DNA of 64,000 nucleotides from a virus (IMGVR_UViG_3300009550_000010:12906-76905), one strand, 5' to 3'. Counted from the first letter of the stretch, positions 25,603 to 35,736 are shown. Notes: generated from the letters alone by a model not told the origin. Numbers and translations are program-made.

Positions 25603-28098
25603 TTAGATAAAAAACGATTCGAGTGTTGGAATTTTCTCAACTTGCCACCCAATAGCATCAAGAATTGCCTTGAGTGGTTCGAGAAAAGATTTTTCAAACA
25701 TGAGGTCATAGTCAATATACTTTCCTAGACCTAGTTCGATTGGAAAATCTGATATGAATGATATCACATTTTCTCTGATGGGATTTGGTTTCGTAAGATA
25801 AACAAATTTTATCTTCTCACCATTAGCGATAGCACTATACTTTGCCTCCAAGTTATTTTTCTTGACATAATAATTGTAGAGGAGAGATCCTCTTACATGT
25901 ATAGGTGTACCTTTAGAATATATCGACAGGTTACTCGTGTATTTTGCAAGATTATTGCATGATCTAGGAAATGCAACCATAGCAGGGTCGAGTTTTTTGA
26001 ATTCGATCCTTTTACTTTCGATGTAATTGATAACATCGTCTTCAGTTTCACTCATTATAATGTTCAATGCTTCCTTGATCATCTTACGACAAGGTGCAGG
26101 TGTAGAAGATTTAACTGCTTCTATACCCATCATCTTTAGTTTTGGTTCAGCAAATCTTACTCCTTCTATATCCCACGCATTGAGTATGTATCTTTTTTTG
26201 GCAGTCCAAATTCCACGTTCAGCGATAGTCTCACGTTTCATGAACATTTTCTGTTCATATGCGTTTACATACGTCGCCAACGCTTCGTAAGAACTCGAAA
26301 TATAACCTTCAAGTTCCACCTGACAGACCTTATCAATGAACGTGACGATGCTTTCAGCAGTCTTTTCTCGCCCTTTGTATACAACGTCAACCAGAGGACC
26401 CATATGAAGATAAATGGAATCAGTATCTGAAGCAATAACATAATCTTTCTCCTTTGTCTTTAGTACATTGTTCATGTACAAGTTTACTTTACGTTCGATC
26501 CATCGTATGCTGAACTGACCACCGAGAGTAATAGCCTCAGCGTTTTCCAACTTATAATAACGAAAGTAATTATTACCGATAGCACCATAGGCACTATTAA
26601 GTTGGATCTTTTTAGCCATCTGGATGTTGTTACACCTTGCAATCTCTTTCTCAAGTGCTTTGGACGGTGATTTCTCATAGTCTTTCTTTGCCTTGAGCAT
26701 CTTCTTCTTGAAGACAACCCTTTCTCCATAAATTTTCTCCATCAATTTGGGTAAGAAACCACGTTTCTTTGTGGTAAACATCGCACCGTTAGGACATACA
26801 GTTACATCCTTTAGATTAGATAGATCTACCTCCTCATTCAACAGTTTATCGACAGAAACTGAGGGATACCGTTCATCAAGAACAGTCTCAGGAGATATAT
26901 TATACTGCATTATAAGATGAGGATACAGAGAATTCAAGTCGAATGATACAACCCAGTCATACATGCCTGGTTTTGGTTCCTTTACGTATGCACCTGCATA
27001 CTTCTCTGCTTTATCTTGATCCTTCTTGGGTGGTATGACTATGCCTTTTCTTTTTAGATCATTGTAGATTATCATGTCCCACATACGAACCTGATAAAAA
27101 ACATCCGTAAAGTTTACCTTGGCATCATATGCCATAGTAACTGCAAGTTCAATCAATTTCATCTTCTCCTCAAGGGAGTCAACAAGTCTAACGTCTTGGA
27201 TGTTATAATCTACAAACTTATTCCACGCTTTCGTATAAAAATCTTTGAATGTATCAAATTCAGAGTGATCTAGTTTCTTTTGACCTAGTTCTACCTCTCC
27301 TATGTAGTCAAGTCGGTATGATTCCTGTGCTTTATAAGTGAATTTTTTATACAAATCCATATAATCTAGCACAGTTACACCACCAATATCATATACAGTG
27401 TGTGCTCTACCCTGCATGTAAATCTCTTCATGGGTGACTAAACCCCAAGGAGATAGTTTCTTACATGCCTTGTCTCCAAGCACCCTAGTGATCCTTTTAG
27501 CGAGGTATGGTATATCATATAGTTGACAGTTCCAACCAGTCACAACTTCTGGTGGATCATGAGACCAGAAATTTACAAAATGCTGAAGCAAATCATACTC
27601 ATCATTACATTGTACATACTTGACCATAGGATCATTATGGTGATAAGGACCTACACCAAATGTCAGTATCCTTTTGGTGGCATAGTCTTGTAAGGTAATA
27701 CAAAGCATCTCCTCATCACATGCCTCCACTGTAGGAAAACCTCTTTCAGATTGAACCTCAATATCAATCGTTACTAATTTTATTTTATTAATATCAAACT
27801 TGATTTCAGTCTCTGGATACTTGTCAGAAATATATTGGTAGATGTATCTGTTATTTCCATATACCTCAAATCCCTTTACTTCTCCATGACTCCTTATAAA
27901 GTCCCTTGTCTCACGTACAGTACCAGGTTGTATGCTCTGCACATACTTACCATCTAATGTTTTGTACTTAGTCTTCTTCTTACTAGGTACAAACATCGTA
28001 GGTTGAAACTTTTCCCTTGTAGTAAAATTTTTTCCATTCTCATACCCACGAACGAGAAAATCATTCCCGACCATTTGTACGTTTGTGTAATATCTCAT
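25603..28098 (-). CDS. gp43: Family B DNA polymerase (T4 gp43)
   Basis: TIDIEV exonuclease, SFDLNSLYPH, KIQLNSAYG, ASDTDS, KKRYIL. Confidence 0.97.
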   Translation of the reverse strand: MRYYTNVQMVGNDFLVRGYENGKNFTTREKFQPTMFVPSKKKTKYKTLDGKYVQSIQPGTVRETRDFIRSHGEVKGFEVYGNNRYIYQYISDKYPETEIKFDINKIKLVTIDIEVQSERGFPTVEACDEEMLCITLQDYATKRILTFGVGPYHHNDPMVKYVQCNDEYDLLQHFVNFWSHDPPEVVTGWNCQLYDIPYLAKRITRVLGDKACKKLSPWGLVTHEEIYMQGRAHTVYDIGGVTVLDYMDLYKKFTYKAQESYRLDYIGEVELGQKKLDHSEFDTFKDFYTKAWNKFVDYNIQDVRLVDSLEEKMKLIELAVTMAYDAKVNFTDVFYQVRMWDMIIYNDLKRKGIVIPPKKDQDKAEKYAGAYVKEPKPGMYDWVVSFDLNSLYPHLIMQYNISPETVLDERYPSVSVDKLLNEEVDLSNLKDVTVCPNGAMFTTKKRGFLPKLMEKIYGERVVFKKKMLKAKKDYEKSPSKALEKEIARCNNIQMAKKIQLNSAYGAIGNNYFRYYKLENAEAITLGGQFSIRWIERKVNLYMNNVLKTKEKDYVIASDTDSIYLHMGPLVDVVYKGREKTAESIVTFIDKVCQVELEGYISSSYEALATYVNAYEQKMFMKRETIAERGIWTAKKRYILNAWDIEGVRFAEPKLKMMGIEAVKSSTPAPCRKMIKEALNIIMSETEDDVINYIESKRIEFKKLDPAMVAFPRSCNNLAKYTSNLSIYSKGTPIHVRGSLLYNYYVKKNNLEAKYSAIANGEKIKFVYLTKPNPIRENVISFISDFPIELGLGKYIDYDLMFEKSFLEPLKAILDAIGWQVEKIPTLESFFI

Positions 28099-29519
28099 GC
28101 CAACATCTTAGCACGTTCACGGTACAGTGTCACGAAGTTGTCAAACATGTACTGAATATCTTCTTTACTCATGTAGGGTGGTGGCATATTAAGAAAAGAT
28201 CCTTGATCATCACTTCTCATTTCTACAATTAGATCTTTGTCTATAAAACCTGCATTAGCACACATATCTCTCATAGGGGTGCCGTGATAGGGTGTGTATA
28301 TAAATGCATTCGTATCATCACAACCTAATTTTGCTGCTAGTTCAACAGATTTCATACAACTTTCCATAGTTTCATATGGATATCCGATTATAAAATTACA
28401 TGTGGTGGATAAACCTGCTTCTCTAGCAATTCTAAAAGCATCTATTGCCTTTTGATTGTCATATACTCTTCCTATAACATCTTTACGAAACTGTGGATCA
28501 CCATGTTCAACACCCATGTTTAATTTTTGACATCCTATTTCTACTAATCTCTTAGCTTGATGGGGTGATAATAGTTCGGGTCTTGTCTGTGCAAAGAAAG
28601 GTATTTTATACTTAGAATACATGTCACAAAACTCATCAAATTTTTTCTTTGATGTTGTTAGTAATGTATCTGTTATTATCCACAAAAATTCCACATCAAT
28701 AGTTTTTATGAGATGCTGTATCTCCATCTCTATATGCTCTACAGTCCTCTGCCTAAAAAATAAACTGTCAGTTTCCTCTTTGTATATCCCTGCATTGGAT
28801 GGTGAGTTGCAGAATTTACATTTAAATGGACATCCACGTTGAGTTTCTACTGTAGCAATTTTTATTATCTTGCCTTGAAAGGGTCTGTATAACGATCTCT
28901 TATCAAATATCTCATGATCTGTAGGTGGTAAGGAATTGACATTCAATGCAGGTCTCATCTCGTTTGGGTAGATATTTAATAGATGATGACCGTCTTTACC
29001 TTCACTAATCAAATCCATCAACTCTGGTATTGCATCATCACCCTCACCTCTGCAAATATAATCTGCTTTACCGACAAATTCTTTTGGATTATATGTTATA
29101 AAGACACCACCAACGACACTAATAAATTTTTGGTCAGTGATCTGACTCATAAATTTTTGCCAAATATAATATGTGTCTTCAACTATTGATGATATTATCA
29201 CATCTGGTTTGAAGTCTATAACTTTCTTTCTCCAAGCAGAGTACATATCTTCGTCCTCCAACATAAAAAAGTCAGGGTCTATATCATCCCTTTCCCACTT
29301 ATATTCTGGGAACATCTGTCTTTTTTCTCTTTCTTTATCTCTATCTGGTCTTGAAAATTCTTCCTTATCCACTGGATACCATGTGGCATCAAATAATTCT
29401 ATGTTACTATAACCTGCTCTCTTCAAACATGCAGTTATAATTGCTACACCACCTGGTGGTGTAACTCTCATGTGTTGATTAGGATATAACCATAGTATTC
29501 TAAGGTTTTTCTGTGACAT
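28095..29519 (-). CDS. B12-binding-domain radical SAM protein (class B methylase-like)
   Basis: N-terminal PPGGVAIITACLK, VVGGVF, RGEGD; RGCPFKCKFC CxxxCxxC. Confidence 0.88.
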   Translation of the reverse strand: MSQKNLRILWLYPNQHMRVTPPGGVAIITACLKRAGYSNIELFDATWYPVDKEEFSRPDRDKEREKRQMFPEYKWERDDIDPDFFMLEDEDMYSAWRKKVIDFKPDVIISSIVEDTYYIWQKFMSQITDQKFISVVGGVFITYNPKEFVGKADYICRGEGDDAIPELMDLISEGKDGHHLLNIYPNEMRPALNVNSLPPTDHEIFDKRSLYRPFQGKIIKIATVETQRGCPFKCKFCNSPSNAGIYKEETDSLFFRQRTVEHIEMEIQHLIKTIDVEFLWIITDTLLTTSKKKFDEFCDMYSKYKIPFFAQTRPELLSPHQAKRLVEIGCQKLNMGVEHGDPQFRKDVIGRVYDNQKAIDAFRIAREAGLSTTCNFIIGYPYETMESCMKSVELAAKLGCDDTNAFIYTPYHGTPMRDMCANAGFIDKDLIVEMRSDDQGSFLNMPPPYMSKEDIQYMFDNFVTLYRERAKMLA

Positions 29520-29766
29520 TCTTAGCAGTCAACGCTTGATAATTATCTAAGTGACGTTTGTCTGGATCTAGTATAGTCAAAAAACTGTCTGATGACATCA
29601 TTAACTCACGTTGACTAGAGAATGATGGCCATGATTCTAGGTACTCACCCTTCAACTCAAAGGGTTCTATGAGTTTACAATCAGGTTCACCAGGTACCAC
29701 TGCTGCAACTTCCTCCACTCTAGCAATAAGAACTAGATCCTTTTTAAATATTATAAGTTTTATCAT
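29500..29766 (-). CDS. Hypothetical protein (Sm-like fold suspected)
   Basis: EPDCKLIEPF...SWP pattern common in T4-like phages. Confidence 0.7.
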   Translation of the reverse strand: MIKLIIFKKDLVLIARVEEVAAVVPGEPDCKLIEPFELKGEYLESWPSFSSQRELMMSSDSFLTILDPDKRHLDNYQALTAKNVTEKP

Positions 29767-30494
29767 AAAGAAAGACTCTTGGACTTTAAGTTTACCACAA
29801 CTGTACGTATTTTGTCAATATATCCTTGATTTCGTAACTCTTTGAATACCATATTCTCAAACCCATACTCTCCATATTTCTGTAGTGATGTGCCTCTTGA
29901 ATCTCTTAGTTTCTTTACTAGATCCTTCAAACCATCAGCATTAGATGCTTTGATAAGTGAGTTGATTTGATTTATAAAGTTGTTTACCTTCTTCTCTATC
30001 TCTTTTTCATCCACATCACCCTCAAAAGGTGTTGGTTCTTGTATCCAACGTTTCTTCATAAGACTCCAAACACCTTGACTCTTCTTTCTTGTGATACCTG
30101 GTCTTTCAATGTAAGGTTCTGCCTTTACACCATAGATTGTAACATTATGAGTCAATTCCCACAGTGTTTTTTTATCCATGTAGTATTGATCAAGTAAATC
30201 GGGGTTGCAATCAGGGATAAACTTAGGATCTACAACAATATGCACATCCAAGTCAGAGTATTGTGTGTAATTATACCCTGCATTACCACCAAGCAACAAC
30301 ACATCTACTATCGCTCTCTCATCCATATCAACAAAAGCAATAAATGCCTCTGCAAACTGCATGAGTTTTTCATTAACCTCAGGCTTGAGAGAATCCCCAA
30401 TCCAGAAGACTGGATTGAGGATGTCAGTAAACCTAAGAGATATAGTTTCTCTTAGATCTTTAGGTTTGATATGTCGTAAAACTCTTGAATACAT
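29763..30494 (-). CDS. Pol-beta superfamily nucleotidyltransferase
   Basis: LLGGNAGYNYTQYSDLDVHIVVD (hG[GS]..DhD); start at ATG 30494, downstream of a late promoter. Confidence 0.8.
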   Translation of the reverse strand: MYSRVLRHIKPKDLRETISLRFTDILNPVFWIGDSLKPEVNEKLMQFAEAFIAFVDMDERAIVDVLLLGGNAGYNYTQYSDLDVHIVVDPKFIPDCNPDLLDQYYMDKKTLWELTHNVTIYGVKAEPYIERPGITRKKSQGVWSLMKKRWIQEPTPFEGDVDEKEIEKKVNNFINQINSLIKASNADGLKDLVKKLRDSRGTSLQKYGEYGFENMVFKELRNQGYIDKIRTVVVNLKSKSLSL

Positions 30495-30499
30495 GTATG

Positions 30500-30507
30500 T
30501 ATTTAGA
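30500..30507 (-). promoter_or_regulatory. T4-type late promoter
   Basis: TCTAAATA just upstream of ATG 30494. Confidence 0.6.
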
Positions 30508-30934
30508 GCCAATCTTTTCGCTGCTGTGTCTCTGGTATTACCTTCTCAATGTCTATGAGAAGTAATCCGTCTTTGAAATCTACTTTCTTGACAATAAGTT
30601 CTTCGGGTAGTGACCATGCACGAGTGAATGCTCGTTGTGCTAGTCCTCTATGCATGTACTCATGCTCTACTCCATCTTCCTTCTTGCCCTCTATCACAAG
30701 TTGTCCTTCTTGTGTATAGACTTTCAGGTTTTCTTTCCTGAAACCTGCTGCTGCTACCTCAACTCTATACTCGTGGTTTGATACCTTTATAGTATTATAA
30801 GGTGGGTAGTTTTGTATTGGTGTATCGAATTGCTGCTGCCATTCATCAAAACCAATCATATTACGTCTTATCTTTTGCAGATAATCGTGTGTATCTCCAA
30901 CAGACAATGTAATACTGCCATCTGTTCCAAACAT
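30503..30934 (-). CDS. hsp20: Small heat shock protein Hsp20
   Basis: NYPPYN, VEVAAAGF, HRGLAQRAF, FKDGLLLIDIEK; GGAGG RBS. Confidence 0.93.
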   Translation of the reverse strand: MFGTDGSITLSVGDTHDYLQKIRRNMIGFDEWQQQFDTPIQNYPPYNTIKVSNHEYRVEVAAAGFRKENLKVYTQEGQLVIEGKKEDGVEHEYMHRGLAQRAFTRAWSLPEELIVKKVDFKDGLLLIDIEKVIPETQQRKDWL

Positions 30935-31084
30935 GGTGACCTCCTTGAGCGTCTAATTGTAATGTCCCCGTAGGCGACACTACTAATTATACAGAATTAC
31001 TTACGAGGTCTGATTCGGTTCTTACGATAAGTGAAGTAAAGATTACTGTACGCTGCTATAACAAGCAGTATTAGTAGAAAAGTA

Positions 31085-31522
31085 TTAACTGGCATCTGCT
31101 GGTGCTTTCTTCTTACCAATATTATACTTAGTCTCTAGTATCCAGTCACCCTTGTCTTTATATGATATAACTTTGATCTGATTAAGTGGAGCGATATCAT
31201 TTATAGTGTCAGATTTTAGAACACCAACCAATCCCCAGTCAGATAGTAATGCAACTATCCTATTTCTTCTTTGGATATCATTGACACTAAGATTTGCTTT
31301 CTTACCATCAAGGGCAAACAATTCTTTGAAGTGTACAATATAATACTTACCCTGCTTATGCAGTATGTGGCAAGACTGATAGAGTTTCTTTTCTTTTCTT
31401 GACGCTACACCAATTCTTGTGAGAGTTTCTCTTACCTTGAGAAAATCATCTGGTTCTGATAGGAGCACCTCAACCATTTTATCGGGTGTCCAACTGTATT
31501 CTGCTTCCATAACCACGGTCAT
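31085..31522 (-). CDS. regA: Translational repressor RegA
   Basis: DDFLKVRETLTRIGVAS, CHILHKQGKYYIVHFKELFALDG. Confidence 0.95.
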   Translation of the reverse strand: MTVVMEAEYSWTPDKMVEVLLSEPDDFLKVRETLTRIGVASRKEKKLYQSCHILHKQGKYYIVHFKELFALDGKKANLSVNDIQRRNRIVALLSDWGLVGVLKSDTINDIAPLNQIKVISYKDKGDWILETKYNIGKKKAPADAS

Positions 31523-31899
31523 TTCAATCCTCCTCGCTCAAGTTTCTCTTGTATAAAAGTGAGTTGTTCTTTAGAAAGGAGTGGAAGAACTTGTTTCGCT
31601 TTCTCATCACTATACCCATAGTAACGCTTCACATAATCAAGATTTTTCAATTCTTCTTTCTTCACCCAAGGAGAGAACCTCTTCTTGGATCGTAAAATAT
31701 TTAGTAAAAAGTCATATTGTAACTTAGAACTCAGGTTATGGTATAAATTCATCTCATTTGCATACATGATTGCATCGAGATGTCCAGACATGCATCTGTT
31801 AATAATATATGATGGATATTTCTTTTCCACATCAGGATCTTCGTCCATGAGGTTCTTCTTACTATGGTTGATACTGTTCAACCAGTCTTTTAGTTCCAT
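31519..31899 (-). CDS. gp62: Clamp loader small subunit (gp62)
   Basis: WLNSIN, YPSYIINR, QYDFLLN..KKRFSPW, YYGYS. Confidence 0.92.
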   Translation of the reverse strand: MELKDWLNSINHSKKNLMDEDPDVEKKYPSYIINRCMSGHLDAIMYANEMNLYHNLSSKLQYDFLLNILRSKKRFSPWVKKEELKNLDYVKRYYGYSDEKAKQVLPLLSKEQLTFIQEKLERGGLK

Positions 31900-33167
31900 G
31901 TAAATCCTCTTTGCCTAGATCTATTTTTACCAATCATTTTTGCAAACCTAGAACTACCATCTACCACCATTGTATCACTTTTCTCAGGGAAATAGTCAAC
32001 CTTGTCACCTTCACGATACAAATCAAGTGTCACACAATGTAATCCTCCATCATGAAAATGTCTATGTCTAAAAGGAACAACGATTGGTTCCACATTATGC
32101 TTCTTAAAAAACTCTTCTGCCTCTGGTATTAGATTTGAAACACATATGTGATGCCTGTCTAGCATCAAAGCATTAACATCAAAAATTGTTTCGATTGTAA
32201 ACCCTGTTAGTTCTGATAGATAAGTGTTTGTAAAATCTACAAACTCCTCATTTATATCACCGTCAACATACCACCTTCCACCTATCTTTTTCTTCCACTT
32301 GTGTATATCACTTGTAATTTTACTTGTTTTTGCATGACCAGGTAGGTGTAACACGTCCCATTTAGGAAATGTTTTAGAATAAAGTATGGGAGACCTGACA
32401 GTCATGATTGCACCTGGCACAACAGGAGCAAAGCACCCATCACTATGCCCACCTTCATTGACTACATTATATCTAAGATCAAATGGTAGACGATTTAAAT
32501 CAAATAGAGCACTCTCTACAACCATGTCTTTACCAATCAGTGTCATACATGGTGCCTTTAGAAGATGAACCATAGACTCTCTAGAATATTTTTTGAAATA
32601 CTCTATTTCCATTTGAGTCATGGTATCTAATTTTGATATATCTGCATTTTCTATGTCATCAGGCCATGAGTTTGTTCTCCTTACCTTATAATATGTTTGA
32701 TGTAATTTTTCTTTCTCCTCCTCACTCAAACTCTCAAGATCAAAATCAAGAATAACCTGATCTATCTTATTATATTCGTCAAGACACTGAAAAATTGCAG
32801 AGTGATCACCATGAGTAATGTATAATTTGTCATCCACTACTAAAGAGCAGTCTCTTACCTGTAGAGGAGGTCTTGGTACAGTCCTTATCCTATTAAAAGG
32901 GTTTATATAATTTACTTTCCCATTATCAATGTATCTATCTATTCTATCATCTGAATTTAATTTAGGTCTTATAACCTCACATCCAAAATCCTTGAGCACA
33001 CACTCAAAATTATCCAAATCTTCGTTAGTTTCCTCTGCTATCCTACTAAGTCCACTCCTAATAGTATCATTTTTGATTGTTGAGAAAAAATCTACGTCAT
33101 AAAACGTCCCAAGCATAACAGTCTTGAGTTTATCCCATGGTGCATGATACTTATATCTACCTTTCAA
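31890..33167 (-). CDS. Amidinotransferase (glycine amidinotransferase/pentein superfamily)
   Basis: PWDKLKTVMLG, QVRDCSLVV, HSDGCFAPV, FDVN, FHDGGLHCVTLDL. Confidence 0.8.
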   Translation of the reverse strand: MKGRYKYHAPWDKLKTVMLGTFYDVDFFSTIKNDTIRSGLSRIAEETNEDLDNFECVLKDFGCEVIRPKLNSDDRIDRYIDNGKVNYINPFNRIRTVPRPPLQVRDCSLVVDDKLYITHGDHSAIFQCLDEYNKIDQVILDFDLESLSEEEKEKLHQTYYKVRRTNSWPDDIENADISKLDTMTQMEIEYFKKYSRESMVHLLKAPCMTLIGKDMVVESALFDLNRLPFDLRYNVVNEGGHSDGCFAPVVPGAIMTVRSPILYSKTFPKWDVLHLPGHAKTSKITSDIHKWKKKIGGRWYVDGDINEEFVDFTNTYLSELTGFTIETIFDVNALMLDRHHICVSNLIPEAEEFFKKHNVEPIVVPFRHRHFHDGGLHCVTLDLYREGDKVDYFPEKSDTMVVDGSSRFAKMIGKNRSRQRGFTWN

Positions 33168-33612
33168 AAATCCTTTCCTTCATATCAGGGTTCCAGTTAT
33201 TATAATACCCTGTTTTCTTCAATTCTGCTCTCTTTTCTAATAAATCTTTGCGATCTTGAACAATTATTGCACACATACCACTATTCATCTCTACACCTGC
33301 AACTTCCTCTATTGTATCAGGGTGTTCATCATAAAATATTAGGTCAGGTCTCCTTCTTTTATACATCCCAACTATCCTTTCCAACATATCTGACGATGGT
33401 AGTTGTGGATATGTAAAATAAAATATCATTACCTTCTCATTTACATCTTTTATTTCTTTTTCAAAGTCAGAATAATTTATAAACTTCTTTACTATTACAT
33501 TACCATCCAACCATGCTTTTTTTGCATAAGGACATGGTGGCATACCCTCAAAAGCAGGGTTAGGCACACTCAATAGATCATTTATCCAATCTTCAACTTT
33601 ACTTTGCATCAC
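33157..33612 (-). CDS. Hypothetical protein, DUF1415-like
   Basis: PPCPYAKKAW and EHPD motifs. Confidence 0.65.
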   Translation of the reverse strand: MMQSKVEDWINDLLSVPNPAFEGMPPCPYAKKAWLDGNVIVKKFINYSDFEKEIKDVNEKVMIFYFTYPQLPSSDMLERIVGMYKRRRPDLIFYDEHPDTIEEVAGVEMNSGMCAIIVQDRKDLLEKRAELKKTGYYNNWNPDMKERIFER

Positions 33613-33736
33613 GAGGTTTTATGATAATACAATTATTTTCATAATCAGGTATCATGTCAAGATGAACATCATGTCCCCAACATAATTCTTCATATAGAGA
33701 GTTCAGTCTCTCCATATCATCATAAAGATCATTCAC
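33599..33736 (-). CDS. 45-aa acidic hypothetical protein (GTG start, not in ORF track)
   Basis: MNDLYDDMERLNSLYEELCWGHD...; overlaps both neighbours. Confidence 0.55.
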   Translation of the reverse strand: MNDLYDDMERLNSLYEELCWGHDVHLDMIPDYENNCIIIKPRDAK

Positions 33737-33950
33737 CTGATCCATCTTTCTTCTTGAAATACTTGTTTATCACATCAATTTGATCTTGGTACTTAGCAAT
33801 GATGTTCAATTCAGTCTCTATTGCCTCTGTAATATCAGAATGTTCTCCAATACCTGCAGGGTTAGTGAGGTAAACTTCTACATTTGCTACATGTTTTTGG
33901 ATATCTCCTTGTGCATGTGCTAGAAGTGCTCTGATTAGTTGTTCTCTCAT
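33729..33950 (-). CDS. Conserved small hypothetical protein
   Basis: GDIQKHVANVEVYLTNPAGIGEHSDITEAIE. Confidence 0.75.
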   Translation of the reverse strand: MREQLIRALLAHAQGDIQKHVANVEVYLTNPAGIGEHSDITEAIETELNIIAKYQDQIDVINKYFKKKDGSGE

Positions 33951-34777
33951 TAGAAATTAGTTAAGACAAGTTCTTTTCGGTTCTTTTGTGCAGTTGTGTA
34001 CTCTGCAGTAGATCTCATTGTATATGTATGATCGTATTCTACTGCTTTCCAACCATTAAATCTTCTTGTGTTTAGGTTTGAAGAATTATAACTGACTACA
34101 AGGTGATGATCTGCTTCAGAGCATGCTTTTGAGAAGTTAGTATGATGAAAATACTTCTGCATACCTCCCTTCTTACCATAAAGATTAGATCCTATGTCAT
34201 ATGGTGGGTCAAGATACACAAAAGATCCTGTTCCTCCAAGTAATAATTCATATGATACGTTAGTTATTCTCCAGTTTCTTATAATTTCTGCATACTCTGG
34301 TAATTTTTCGATACCTCTCATAGAAAAATTAGAGTCACTTGCCTGTTTTGAAAAGGAAGATGCCTCAGACAGTCCAGAAAAACTACATTTGTTGACAATA
34401 TAAAAAGCAATCGCTTGATTAAGTTTATCTTTTTTATTATCTGCTAATGTTTGTTTCGCTTCTTCAAATAATTCTCTTGCTGTATCATGATCTGGATGTG
34501 TTTTCTTATAATTTACAAGACTCACTGTCATCTCATCACTATTGGTTCTAAGCATAGACCAAAAGTTAGCAAGTGGTTCGTATAAATCGTTGACCCAAAT
34601 TTCTAGGTGTGGATATTGCTTGGTGACCCAAAGAGCAACAGAACCTCCACCAAGGAAAGGTTCTCTAAACTCTTTGAAATCAGTCAAGTCAGGAAAAAAT
34701 TGACTAATCTTTGTTATTGCTCTGCTTTTTCCGCCTGGATATCTTAGCGGAGTTTTTAGAGTTTTTTGATTCATCAT
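33950..34777 (-). CDS. dam: Dam-family DNA adenine methyltransferase (D12 class)
   Basis: LRYPGGKS, EPFLGGGSV, WVNDL, YLDPPY. Confidence 0.9.
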   Translation of the reverse strand: MMNQKTLKTPLRYPGGKSRAITKISQFFPDLTDFKEFREPFLGGGSVALWVTKQYPHLEIWVNDLYEPLANFWSMLRTNSDEMTVSLVNYKKTHPDHDTARELFEEAKQTLADNKKDKLNQAIAFYIVNKCSFSGLSEASSFSKQASDSNFSMRGIEKLPEYAEIIRNWRITNVSYELLLGGTGSFVYLDPPYDIGSNLYGKKGGMQKYFHHTNFSKACSEADHHLVVSYNSSNLNTRRFNGWKAVEYDHTYTMRSTAEYTTAQKNRKELVLTNF

Positions 34778-34862
34778 AAAATCCTAGTTGTGATAATAAA
34801 ACGTTCAACCATACGACCAATATGATCAGTATGAGTAATTCAAAGATTGGAGTGGGGATCAA
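34704..34862 (-). CDS. Possible small membrane protein (TTG start)
   Basis: IFELLILIILVVWLNVLL hydrophobic segment; overlaps dam 5' end. Confidence 0.35.
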   Translation of the reverse strand: MIPTPIFELLILIILVVWLNVLLSQLGFYDESKNSKNSAKISRRKKQSNNKD

Positions 34863-35736
34863 AGTATTCCTCCAAAGATGTTTGGGGTGTCCAACTGAGC
34901 AACTTCTGTGCTCTAGAGTTATCAGCAAGAGTTTCCCTTGCTTCACCTGGTCTTTCAGGTATCTTTATTGTATCATCAGATATAAATGCTGCAACTTCGT
35001 TGACAGAATAATTCTTACCTGATCCAATATTTACTGTGATGCCAGAGTAGTTTGTCATCATAGCACATATATTAGCATTTACTACATCAGAAACATGAGT
35101 AAAATCTCTACGCTGTTCACCATCTCCCACTATGGTAAGAGGTTCCCCACGTTTTTTCTGCTCCTCGAAGAGTCCTATGACTGGTGCATAGATCCCTCTT
35201 AGAGGTTGACGAGGACCGTAAACATTGAAGTACCTCAAGGTTATAGTTCTCAGTCCATGCAATCTGTAATACATCTCGCATAAGGTTTCTGCTCCTACTT
35301 TACTTGCAGAGTATGGATTGAGACAATCAGTTTTCATGTCCTCCTGTAGTGGTGGTTTATTCAATAAACCATAGGAGGATGATGTGGATGAGTTTACAAA
35401 CCTACTCACACCTGCTTGTCTTGCACACTCTAGCATATTATATGTGCCAAAATAGTTTGTCTCTATACAATCTCTTGGTCTTTGCATAGCGAGTTGTATT
35501 CTGCTATGTGCTGCTAGATGGAATACGTAATCAACACCCTCAAACAAAGGGCGACAAGCATCAAAATCACGTATGTCAACAACATGATTCTCAGCATCGT
35601 CTTCGTACCAATTGAACGCATCATTTGCTTCTGAAGACTCATTGTCTATCACAACAACATGATGATTATTTTCTAGTAGTTTACCTACTATGTGGGAACC
35701 TATAAAACCTGCTCCCCCTGTTACTAAGCATTTCAT
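34840..35736 (-). CDS. NAD-dependent nucleotide-sugar epimerase
   Basis: VTGGAGFIGSH, FHLAA, NPYSASK, LRYFNVYGPRQ, RDFTHV. Confidence 0.92.
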   Translation of the reverse strand: MKCLVTGGAGFIGSHIVGKLLENNHHVVVIDNESSEANDAFNWYEDDAENHVVDIRDFDACRPLFEGVDYVFHLAAHSRIQLAMQRPRDCIETNYFGTYNMLECARQAGVSRFVNSSTSSSYGLLNKPPLQEDMKTDCLNPYSASKVGAETLCEMYYRLHGLRTITLRYFNVYGPRQPLRGIYAPVIGLFEEQKKRGEPLTIVGDGEQRRDFTHVSDVVNANICAMMTNYSGITVNIGSGKNYSVNEVAAFISDDTIKIPERPGEARETLADNSRAQKLLSWTPQTSLEEYFDPHSNL

